NCBI GenBank assembly: GCA_014190035.1
Contig: BJFU01000001.1
Span: 14,135 to 78,134, forward strand
DNA: 64,000 bases
Direction of reading: 5' to 3'
Source of the DNA: Actinomycetes bacterium
GTDB lineage: Bacteria; Actinomycetota; Actinomycetes; S36-B12; UBA5976
Both the position numbers and the translations under genes were made by a program. This document shows positions 38,521 through 46,934 of this stretch, piece by piece. Under the pieces are notes generated by a model. It was given only the letters and a program-made list of their open reading frames with translations, had not been told where the DNA came from and made no database searches. Each line of letters begins with the position of its first letter. Positions within the stretch are counted from its first letter, which is position 1.

Positions 38521-40512
38521 ATGTCAAATATTCCAACTCCACTAAAAGAATTAGTCGAAAGATCAAAATTCTTAGGCGTTAATCAAGATTTTGTTGTCTA
38601 TGGCGGAGGAAACACTTCGGCTAAAGGTGAAATTTCTGATCACTTCAATAGAACCAAAAACGTTTTATGGGTAAAAGGCTCTGGCGCAGACATGATGAAC
38701 GCAGAAGCTGCTGATTACCCAGCTTTGTACATGGACGAATTAATCCAAATTCTAAAGTTTGAAAAATTATCAGACGAAGAAATGACAGATCTAGTAAGTA
38801 GGGCTTTAGTTGACCCAGCAAGCAGAAGACCATCAATTGAGACTTTGCTGCACGCATTCTTGCCTTTTAAACATATTGATCATGTGCACGCAGATGCAAT
38901 TTGTGCATTAACAAATCATAAGAATGGCGAAAAGGCAGTTAAAGAAGCATTAGGTGACAAATTTGCATATGTTGATTGGATACGACCTGGTTTTGAATTA
39001 AGTAAGCAAGCCTCATTCTTAAAAGATGCTGAAGGCATAATTTTGGCACATCATGGACTTATTGTTTGGTCAGACAATAGTGATGAATGTAAGCAGAAAA
39101 ATCTTGATGTCATAAATAAAGTTGAAAAATATTTAAGTTCACTATCAAAGCGTCCTGAATCAGTATTTCAACACACAGATTACAGCGATGAAGAATATAA
39201 GAATCTTCTTTTACAGTTGCGTGGCAGACTAAATAAAAAAGGTAAGAAACTCTTAAGTCTTGATACAAGATTAAAAGAAATATCAAGCCGCAAAGATATT
39301 GATGAGATTTTAAGTGCTGGTGTATCAAGTGCCGATCATATGTTGAGAATTAAACCTTGGTCTGCAGTTCTTAACGAACCAAAAGATGGCGAGAAATCAA
39401 TTAAGGCCATTGATAACTTTGCTACTAAATATGAAAATTACTTTGAATCAAATAAAAATTTATTGCCTGCGGGCTATTCAATGAATGACTCTGACCCAAG
39501 AGTTGTCCTGGTACCAGATTTGGGAGCATTAACTACTGGTCATTCTCTGAATGAATGCAAAATGTATGCCGATATTTCTTACCACACTCATAAAACTGCT
39601 GCTATGGCGAAAGATTCCTTTGGAAATGTTGAAGGACTTCCAGATTCAGAAATTTTTGGTTTTGATTACTGGCCTATGGAACTTTATAAATTGGCAAGTA
39701 AACCAGCTCCAAAGAAATTTGCTGGAAATATTTTTATTGTTACCGGTGCAGCAAGTGGAATCGGATTAGGCATAACCCTTGAATTAGCCAAACTGGGAGC
39801 AAGTTTAGTTTTGGCAGATTTAGACGAAAAGGCATTAAATGCTGCTGCTGAAAAAATAAAGGAAGTTAAAGGCCTGAAACCAGAAATTATTGCAGGGGAT
39901 CAATCAGATGAGAAAGTTGTAAACAAAACAGTTGATTTAGCGATTAAGACTTTTGGTGGATTAGACGGTGTTGTCTTGAGTGCTGGTATTGCAGTAACTG
40001 ATCAACTCAAGGATTTGTCGGTAGATAAATGGAACAAAGGATTAGCAGTCAATTTAACAAGTGCATTCTTAATGACAAAGGCTGCAATGAATGCATTGAA
40101 AATTCAAAATTCAGGCGGATCCCTTGTTTATATTGCAAGTAAAAATGCTTTTGCTCCAGGTGCAGGTTTTGGTGGTTACTCAGTAAGTAAAGCTGGAATG
40201 TTGCAGCTTATGAGAATTGCCGCACTTGAAGGTGGAGCAAATCAAATTAGAGCTAATGCAATTAATCCTGATGCAATTTTTGATAACAGCAAACTCTGGG
40301 AAGGAGGAATCAGAGAAGAGAGAGCAAAAGCTCATGGCGTTAAGCCAGAAGAGTTAGAAGATTTTTATGCTCAAAGAAATATTTTGAAGTCACATGTAAC
40401 TTCTAAAGATGTAGCAAACACAACAGCTTTTCTTTTGTCTGACGAATCTGCCAGAACCACAGGCTCGGTCATCGCCGTCGACGGCGGGGTGGCTGCTGCA
40501 TTTCCGCGATAA
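38521..40512 (+). CDS. bifunctional class II aldolase/adducin-domain plus short-chain dehydrogenase fusion (YuxG/RhaEW-like)
   Basis: 663 aa. The N-terminal ~400 aa resemble the rhamnulose-1-phosphate aldolase/alcohol dehydrogenase family (GGGNTSAKG, HVHAD). The C-terminal SDR has VTGAASGIGLG and YSVSK motifs. Confidence 0.8.
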   Translation: MSNIPTPLKELVERSKFLGVNQDFVVYGGGNTSAKGEISDHFNRTKNVLWVKGSGADMMNAEAADYPALYMDELIQILKFEKLSDEEMTDLVSRALVDPASRRPSIETLLHAFLPFKHIDHVHADAICALTNHKNGEKAVKEALGDKFAYVDWIRPGFELSKQASFLKDAEGIILAHHGLIVWSDNSDECKQKNLDVINKVEKYLSSLSKRPESVFQHTDYSDEEYKNLLLQLRGRLNKKGKKLLSLDTRLKEISSRKDIDEILSAGVSSADHMLRIKPWSAVLNEPKDGEKSIKAIDNFATKYENYFESNKNLLPAGYSMNDSDPRVVLVPDLGALTTGHSLNECKMYADISYHTHKTAAMAKDSFGNVEGLPDSEIFGFDYWPMELYKLASKPAPKKFAGNIFIVTGAASGIGLGITLELAKLGASLVLADLDEKALNAAAEKIKEVKGLKPEIIAGDQSDEKVVNKTVDLAIKTFGGLDGVVLSAGIAVTDQLKDLSVDKWNKGLAVNLTSAFLMTKAAMNALKIQNSGGSLVYIASKNAFAPGAGFGGYSVSKAGMLQLMRIAALEGGANQIRANAINPDAIFDNSKLWEGGIREERAKAHGVKPEELEDFYAQRNILKSHVTSKDVANTTAFLLSDESARTTGSVIAVDGGVAAAFPR

Positions 40513-40529
40513 ACGGAAATGAGTAAGAG

Positions 40530-40553
40530 CAAGTGAATTAAGTAATTCACTTG
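40530..40553. repeat. 24-bp inverted repeat between the aldolase-SDR gene and the ABC binding-protein gene
   Basis: CAAGTGAATTA-AG-TAATTCACTTG, with 11-bp perfect arms. Confidence 0.7.
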
Positions 40554-40571
40554 TAAAAAGAAGGAGAAAGA

Positions 40572-41663
40572 ATGATTAAGAACAAAGCACTAGCTGGTAT
40601 TACAGTTGTTGCTGCGTTGCTTCTTGCTGCATGTTCCCAAGGAACTAGCGACACCGCTACAACTGCAGATGAAGGAACAGTTGCAGAAGCAACCGGTACC
40701 AAGCCAGCACCATTTGATGCTGGTCCGGTAAAGATTGCAATCGTACAAAACAGTGGCGCCGGTGACTATTTCCAACAATGGACAAACGGAGCTAACAAGC
40801 AAGCTGAAGCAATCGGATTTGAAGTTCAAATCTATGACGCCCAAGCTGACAATGCTAAGCAAGCAACTGACATGGAAACAGCAATTGGTTCAGGCGTAGC
40901 TGGAATCATTGTTGACCACGGTCAAGCAGACACCATGTGTCCATTGATCAACAAAGCACTTGACGCAGGAATTCCTGTTGTTGTGTACGACGTTGCAACC
41001 GCTGAATGTGCACCAAAAGCTGTTACAACACAACAAAGCGATGCTTCACTTGCACAAGCAGTGCTAGATCAAATGGCACTAGATCTTGGTAAAGATGCCA
41101 AAGTTGGATACGTAAACGTATTAGGTATCGCACCTTTGGATCGTCGTCACGTTGTATGGGAAGCAATTGTGAAAGCTAACAATTGGACCCAGTCCTTCTT
41201 CGTTGGTAAATTTACCAACTCAGTTGCAACTGATAATGCACAATTAGTTGACGCAGCTCTTAAGAAGAGTCCAGACGTAGTGGGTATTTTTGCTCCTTAC
41301 GATGAACTAACTAAGGGAACTGTTTCAGGAATTGAATCAAATAACCTTCAGGCTTCAATCAAGGCATACGGAATTGATATTTCAAATGCTGATATTGAAA
41401 TCATGACTAAAGAAGGTTCACCATGGGTAGCAACAGCAGGTACTGATCCAAACGCGATCGGTGCAGCAGTTGTTCGAAACATGGCACTTGAAATAGCAGG
41501 CCAATTGGGAGTTAAATCAGTTGATTTCCCAGGTGTTCTAATTACTGCACAGTTCCTAAAGGACAACGCAGTTAAGAACATGGTTGACTTGCGTGCCAAG
41601 TTGCCAGAATTGAACCTTGCATCTGTCAGCGGAGCTGACTGGATTCCTGCAGTTCAGTTCTAA
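40572..41663 (+). CDS. sugar ABC transporter substrate-binding lipoprotein (CUT2 / ribose-binding-protein-like)
   Basis: Lipobox LLLAAC, and a type I periplasmic binding fold profile (VKIAIVQNSGAGDYFQQW). Confidence 0.82.
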   Translation: MIKNKALAGITVVAALLLAACSQGTSDTATTADEGTVAEATGTKPAPFDAGPVKIAIVQNSGAGDYFQQWTNGANKQAEAIGFEVQIYDAQADNAKQATDMETAIGSGVAGIIVDHGQADTMCPLINKALDAGIPVVVYDVATAECAPKAVTTQQSDASLAQAVLDQMALDLGKDAKVGYVNVLGIAPLDRRHVVWEAIVKANNWTQSFFVGKFTNSVATDNAQLVDAALKKSPDVVGIFAPYDELTKGTVSGIESNNLQASIKAYGIDISNADIEIMTKEGSPWVATAGTDPNAIGAAVVRNMALEIAGQLGVKSVDFPGVLITAQFLKDNAVKNMVDLRAKLPELNLASVSGADWIPAVQF

Positions 41664-41688
41664 TTAATTAGTAGACGGAGGCGAGTTA

Positions 41689-43194
41689 ATGGTTTCAGCT
41701 GTTGAGGTTAGAAACATTTCAATGGCATTTGGCACAAACCAAGTGTTAAGTGGAGTGGATTTAACAATCGACAAAGGACAAACCACGGCATTGTTAGGAG
41801 CTAACGGTGCAGGTAAGTCCACATTAATTAAAATATTGTCCGGAGTTTATTCATCCTTTACCGGGGAAATATTGATTGATGGAAAAGCTGTAACTATTGA
41901 CTCGCCAACTACTGCGAAATTAGCAGGTATTGAAACTGTTCATCAAAGAATTGATGAGGGAGTAATTCCTGGTTTAACAGTTGCCGAAAATCTATTATTT
42001 GACAAAATCGTCTCAGGAGAAATTCCCAGAGGAGTTTCTTTAAAAACAATTGTGAATGAAGCAGAAAAAATTGCTGGAGCATTAGACCTTAATTGGAATA
42101 GATCCAAGCTACGAAATGACGTTTATGAATTAGGTATCGCTGAACAACAAATGCTGATACTAGCTAGAGCACTTTCTAGGTCCCCAAAACTTTTAATTTT
42201 AGATGAACCAACCTCTGCACTCTCAGTTGCTGAAAGCCAAAACTTATTTAGATTTATCAAGAATCTTGAAGAGCAAGGAATTGCTGTTTTGTACGTTTCC
42301 CACAAATTAAGTGAATTAGAACAAATTGCTAAGAAACTTGTGGTGATGCGAGATGGAAAAATTAGAAATGAACAAAGCACACCCTTTTCATGGGATCTGG
42401 CTTTGAAAGAAATGCTAGGACAACAAGAACTTGGAGAAAGAAATAACTTTAAACAAGTTCAGGGTACTGGTGTGATTCTGAAATTAAATAACGTTCAATT
42501 ATTTAAAGAAAGTGAACCACTGAATTTAGAAATAAAGAAAAAAGAAGTTACTGGAGTAATTGGTCTACTTGGTGCAGGTAAAACTGAGCTTGCAAAAGTA
42601 ATTTATGGAGCAGATGAACTAATTTCAGGTTCAATGGATCTTGAAGGCCAATCATATAAACCAGGACATCCTTCAGATGCGGTTAGAAAAGATATTTATT
42701 GAGTTCCAGAAGATCGTGCAGCAGAATCAATGATTCCAAATTGGAGCATTTCACACATTGCAACTTTACCTTTCATGGGAGATTTTTCAGTTCGCGGAAT
42801 AATTAAGAAAATTAAAGAGGGCATACGCGGCAAAGAACTTGTACAAGATCTAAAAGTTGTCACAACTTCTCATGAAGCAATTGTAGATTCCCTTTCAGGA
42901 GGAAATCAGCAAAAAGTTGTTGTAGGAAGATGGTTGCAATCAAATCCCAAACTAATGATTTTGGATGAACCATTTAGAGGTGTAGATATTGGAGCCAGAA
43001 GAGACATTTCTAAACGGGTTAGAGATTTAGCTGCCACTGATGTTGCAGTTTTGGTTTTAGCCTCAGATGTGGATGAAATTTTAGATGTTGCAGATCGAGT
43101 AATTGTGTTAGTTGAAGGAAAAGTTGTAATGGATGTAAATGCTGGGGAAACATCAAAGGACAAAATAGTTAACAAAATGTCGGAGGTGGCATAA
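41689..43194 (+). pseudogene. sugar ABC transporter ATP-binding protein (tandem NBD, CUT2 type) interrupted by an in-frame TGA at 42700-42702
   Basis: Track ORFs 41689..42702 and 42730..43194 share one frame, and the 27 nt between them read VPEDRAAES. NBD2 Walker A (GLLGAGKTE) is upstream of the stop; its signature LSGGNQQK and Walker B LMILDEP are downstream. It could also be annotated as two CDS. Confidence 0.6.
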
Positions 43195-44223
43195 ATGAGT
43201 ATCGGAAAAACAAGTGCAACAAATGGGTTTGACTTGAGAGACTTCATTGTCAAATACGGTTTTATCCTCGTGACAGTGATTCTATTTGTTTGGTTTGCGT
43301 CAACAGAACCTACTTTTAGAATGCAAAACACTTTGTTTTCAATGCTTAAATTCACATCTGTTGTGGCAATTACCGGCCTTGGTGTGACTTTAACAATGGT
43401 GGTGGGAGGACTTGATCTTTCTGTTGGCTCAATTGCAGGATTATCAGTAACTCTTTCTGCCATGACAATGGTTATTTATGCACAAACTGGAGCTATTGCT
43501 CTGGTAGTAGTACTACTAGGTGGAGTGCTAGTTGGACTATTTAATGCCTTTTTAATTGTGGTTTTAAAGATTCCAGATTTACTAGCAACGCTTGCAACGA
43601 TGTTTACGATTATGGGATTAAAACTTGTTCCAGTTGATGGCCAATCTGTTTCTTCAGGATTGATTTTAAGAGATGGAAGCGTTGCTCCGGGAAAATTCAC
43701 TCCAGGATTTTTACTTATTGATCGCGCCTACATTGGTCCAGTTCCTCTACCAGTTGCCATATTTTTCATATTGGCATTTGTAGTTTGGATTTTTTTAACA
43801 AAAACTAGATGGGGCAGAGTTATGTATGCAATTGGCTCAAACCCAGAAGCTGCAAGATTAGCGGGAGTTCGTGTTCAAAGATATAGAGCTCTTGCTTATG
43901 TTCTCTCAGGAGTTTTTGCTTCAATTGGTGGCTTAATTCTTTCTTCAAGAATTGGGCAAGGAGATATCAGTGCTGGAAACTCACTGTTACTAGATGCTGT
44001 TGCTGTTTCCTTGGTTGGAACTTCAGTGTTGGGTATGGCAAGACCAAACGCTTGGGGAACAACTCTTGGTGCAGTTTTAATAGGAATCGTGATTACTGGT
44101 TTAACCATTAAAGGGTTTCCTTATTACGCCCAAGATGTGGTTAAAGGACTTGTGTTATTAACTGCTTTGATATTCTCATTTACACTTTCTAGACGAAAGT
44201 CTAGATTTGTGCCGGCTGTCTAA
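43195..44223 (+). CDS. sugar ABC transporter permease (RbsC/BPD_transp_2 type)
   Basis: About 9-10 TM helices and the typical CUT2 permease profile. Begins immediately after the ATPase stop. Confidence 0.85.
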   Translation: MSIGKTSATNGFDLRDFIVKYGFILVTVILFVWFASTEPTFRMQNTLFSMLKFTSVVAITGLGVTLTMVVGGLDLSVGSIAGLSVTLSAMTMVIYAQTGAIALVVVLLGGVLVGLFNAFLIVVLKIPDLLATLATMFTIMGLKLVPVDGQSVSSGLILRDGSVAPGKFTPGFLLIDRAYIGPVPLPVAIFFILAFVVWIFLTKTRWGRVMYAIGSNPEAARLAGVRVQRYRALAYVLSGVFASIGGLILSSRIGQGDISAGNSLLLDAVAVSLVGTSVLGMARPNAWGTTLGAVLIGIVITGLTIKGFPYYAQDVVKGLVLLTALIFSFTLSRRKSRFVPAV

Positions 44224-44234
44224 AGGAAAAATAC

Positions 44235-45461
44235 ATGGCTGATCAATACGAATTCTTAACAAAAGACAACATCTCAGAATACTTATCAAGTAAAAAAGTA
44301 TTTGCTAATTTAATAGATGCTAACAACCTTGTGGAATTCAAAGAAGTTGGCGATGGAAATCTTAATTTAGTTTTCATCATGAAAGACTCTGCAGGCAAAG
44401 GAATAGTTTTGAAACAAGCTTTGCCATACGTGCGCTTAGTTGGACCTGATTGGCCGATGACACCTTCTAGAGCAAGAATCGAAGCCGAAACAACAATTAT
44501 TCATTCCAAATATGCAAATAATCTTGTTCCTGAAATTTATGATTATGACCCAGATCGTTTCATCATTGCAATGCAAGATTTATCTGATCACGTTGTTTGG
44601 CGAGGAGCGCTAAATTCAGGTTTAAGATTTGATGGAGTTGCAGGACCCCTAGGAAAATATGTGGCCAACACTGCTTTTGGTACGTCTATATTTAGCCTAG
44701 GACAAGAACAACATAAATTAGAAATTGCCAGAGCAATAAATCCAGGACTTTGCTTAATCACTGAAGACTTAGTTTTTACAGAGCCCTATTTTGAAAATGG
44801 CCGCAACTCAGTGCTCCCAACAAATGAAAAAGATGCTCAAGAATTAGCAAATGATAAAGACATGGTTCATGAAATTGGTTTATTGAAATATAAATTTATG
44901 ACAGCTGGTGAATCTCTAATTCACGGCGATCTTCACACAGGATCGGTCATGATCAAATGTGAAGATAAAAAGGTAGCTGTAAGTGTTAAAGCAATTGATT
45001 CTGAATTCTCATTTTATGGACCCATCGGCTTTGATTTAGGTGCTTTAGTAGCTAATTACACAATTGCAGCGGCAAGAGCTTGTGCATTAGGAAATATTGA
45101 ACAAATGCATTGGGCCTTAAGTCTTGCCGAACAAACTTGGGTTGAGTTTGAAAAAGAGTTTAGAAAACTTTGGCCAACAAGAGTTGACAAAAGAGTTTTC
45201 ACAGATGCATTTTTAGACGATTTAATTAAAACTTGGAGATCAGACACTCTGGGTTATGCAGGAGCAAAGATGGCTCGAAGAATTGTGGGACTTGCTAAAA
45301 CTTCAGATATTGAAACTCTAGAACCAAATGTGCGTGAAGGTGCTGCTCGAGCTGTATTACAGATTGCCAGAAAAACCACAAAAGAACGAGACCTTGCAAA
45401 ATCTTGGTCAACACTTGCTAAAGAAGCAGCTGAAATTATGCAGAAAACTGCCACAAAATAG
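44235..45461 (+). CDS. mtnK: S-methyl-5-thioribose kinase family (MtnK/DrdK-like)
   Basis: Close motif match to B. subtilis MtnK as recalled: EVGDGNLNLVF, KQALPYVR, RARIEAE, LIHGDLHTGS, DSEFSFYGPIGFDLG. Confidence 0.9.
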   Translation: MADQYEFLTKDNISEYLSSKKVFANLIDANNLVEFKEVGDGNLNLVFIMKDSAGKGIVLKQALPYVRLVGPDWPMTPSRARIEAETTIIHSKYANNLVPEIYDYDPDRFIIAMQDLSDHVVWRGALNSGLRFDGVAGPLGKYVANTAFGTSIFSLGQEQHKLEIARAINPGLCLITEDLVFTEPYFENGRNSVLPTNEKDAQELANDKDMVHEIGLLKYKFMTAGESLIHGDLHTGSVMIKCEDKKVAVSVKAIDSEFSFYGPIGFDLGALVANYTIAAARACALGNIEQMHWALSLAEQTWVEFEKEFRKLWPTRVDKRVFTDAFLDDLIKTWRSDTLGYAGAKMARRIVGLAKTSDIETLEPNVREGAARAVLQIARKTTKERDLAKSWSTLAKEAAEIMQKTATK

Positions 45462-45469
45462 GGGAATGT

Positions 45470-45829
45470 ATGAAGACACCTAGAGAAATTGCTGAGTCAT
45501 ATTGGAAAGCAGAATGCGCTAGAGATACCAAAGCTGTTTTAGAGCATTACCATCCTGATGCAACTTTTTGTCCTCCTGGACAAAAACTTGTTGGACACGA
45601 TCAAATCAGCACTTTTTATGATGCATCAGGAGAAGCATTTCCTGGCTTAAAAGTTGATATCTTACATGAAGTAAGAAATGGCGATGAAAGTTGTATTGAA
45701 TGGTACGCAACTTTGACTGACAAACAAGGAAATGTTTTTAACATTCCTGGAGTAAACGTAATTAAAATAAGAGATGGAAAATTTGAATCCGTTCATGCAT
45801 ACTTTGATCCAACAGTTTTAAACGGCTAG
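45470..45829 (+). CDS. NTF2-fold / SnoaL-like protein
   Basis: 119 aa with a SnoaL/ketosteroid-isomerase-like pattern (AESYWKAECARDTKAVLEHYHPDATF...IKIRDGKFESVHAYFD). Confidence 0.6.
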   Translation: MKTPREIAESYWKAECARDTKAVLEHYHPDATFCPPGQKLVGHDQISTFYDASGEAFPGLKVDILHEVRNGDESCIEWYATLTDKQGNVFNIPGVNVIKIRDGKFESVHAYFDPTVLNG

Positions 45830-46929
45830 TTTTCTAGACTTTCCACATAAGTTCTTAAACTTCTAGCATTATCTAAAAGATTACCTCGGTGAAGCGCTCC
45901 ACCAATTAATAAGAAAGTGTCTTTACCAAAAAAGTTTGCTATTTCTGGGATTCTTTCAATTGTCATTCCGCCCCCAGGTGAAGGAAAAATTGGCTTTATA
46001 TTTCCTAATTTAGCGCGACAGAAATCTGCAATTTTTGTACATTCCTCTTTGGAGAAACTAAATCTGCCTCCATAGTTAGGGAAAACACTTATGTCTGCAC
46101 CACTCAAACGCATCAAAGTTGCCAGTACTATTTCGTGATTTAGACCATAATTGCTGTTCATAAAGTGAGAACCTAAAGTCGAAGGATGACTCATTAAAGG
46201 TATAGAAACTTCTTCGTCGTCTGCAATCATGCGCATTGTGTCAAAACCAGAAACTCCAGGAAGAATCATTAATGCACCACTGCCTAATTTTCGAGCAGTA
46301 ATGGCACATTCTAAAATTTCTTCGGCCGGACGATTAATGCTGGGGGCATAAACAGATTTACGATTAAATTTTTGGTTTGCTTCTGCTACTGCACCTGCAA
46401 TAACTTTTACTCGTTCATTCCATTTAGCCCAAGGTTGATTTGCCAAACTGTGATCATCTTTTATTAAATCAATTCCTGCTTCAACCATCACTGTGGCAAT
46501 TTTGGCTAATTCAGCAGAACCTAAACCCATTGGTTTTAAAGCAGTAGCCAAGATAGGACGTTTCTTTGCTCCTAGTATTTCTCTTACCCCACTTATTCCA
46601 AAACGTGGTCCTTTAAAAGAGTTTAAAAAGTCTTCGGAAAAATCAATTTTTGTAACTCGTACATCTGGAAACATCGAAACATTTCCCCATACGACATTCA
46701 ACATCTGACCAATTTCATAGCCAGTGGTATCAGTGTTGTAGTCAATTACAACTTCTGTCTTAGAAATCCCAATTTCTTTTGAGGAAACAACTTGGCCGAC
46801 TACTTGTTCTTGGATCCATTTAGGAGCTAAATCAAAAGGAAATTCAATGGTTTGCTCAACTCTGATTGCTTCAGTTACTTCTTTGCTGGAATCAGATTTT
46901 AAATGATAGGTAATCTGAATTGACGACAT
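45826..46929 (-). CDS. RuBisCO-like protein (form IV large-subunit homolog), short and divergent
   Basis: Barrel motifs align to the RuBisCO large subunit: KRPILATALKPMGLG (compare GRPLLGCTIKPKLGL), GIDLIKDDHSLANQPW (compare GLDFTKDDENVNSQPF), SPGGG, LLIGGALH. Only 367 aa. Confidence 0.8.
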   Translation of the reverse strand: MSSIQITYHLKSDSSKEVTEAIRVEQTIEFPFDLAPKWIQEQVVGQVVSSKEIGISKTEVVIDYNTDTTGYEIGQMLNVVWGNVSMFPDVRVTKIDFSEDFLNSFKGPRFGISGVREILGAKKRPILATALKPMGLGSAELAKIATVMVEAGIDLIKDDHSLANQPWAKWNERVKVIAGAVAEANQKFNRKSVYAPSINRPAEEILECAITARKLGSGALMILPGVSGFDTMRMIADDEEVSIPLMSHPSTLGSHFMNSNYGLNHEIVLATLMRLSGADISVFPNYGGRFSFSKEECTKIADFCRAKLGNIKPIFPSPGGGMTIERIPEIANFFGKDTFLLIGGALHRGNLLDNARSLRTYVESLEN

Positions 46930-46934
46930 CTGAA

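Noticed and set aside
42700-42702. Genome-wide TGA reassignment (Trp/Gly) or selenocysteine as the explanation for the in-frame TGA
   Set aside because: TGA clearly terminates tsaE, tsaB, rimI and purH in this window. The site is an ordinary non-catalytic position, and I saw no SECIS-like hairpin immediately downstream.
45826-46929. A bona fide CO2-fixing RuBisCO
   Set aside because: The protein is too short, no small subunit or phosphoribulokinase gene is nearby, and key active-site motifs are altered (KPM for KPK, KDDH for KDDE).
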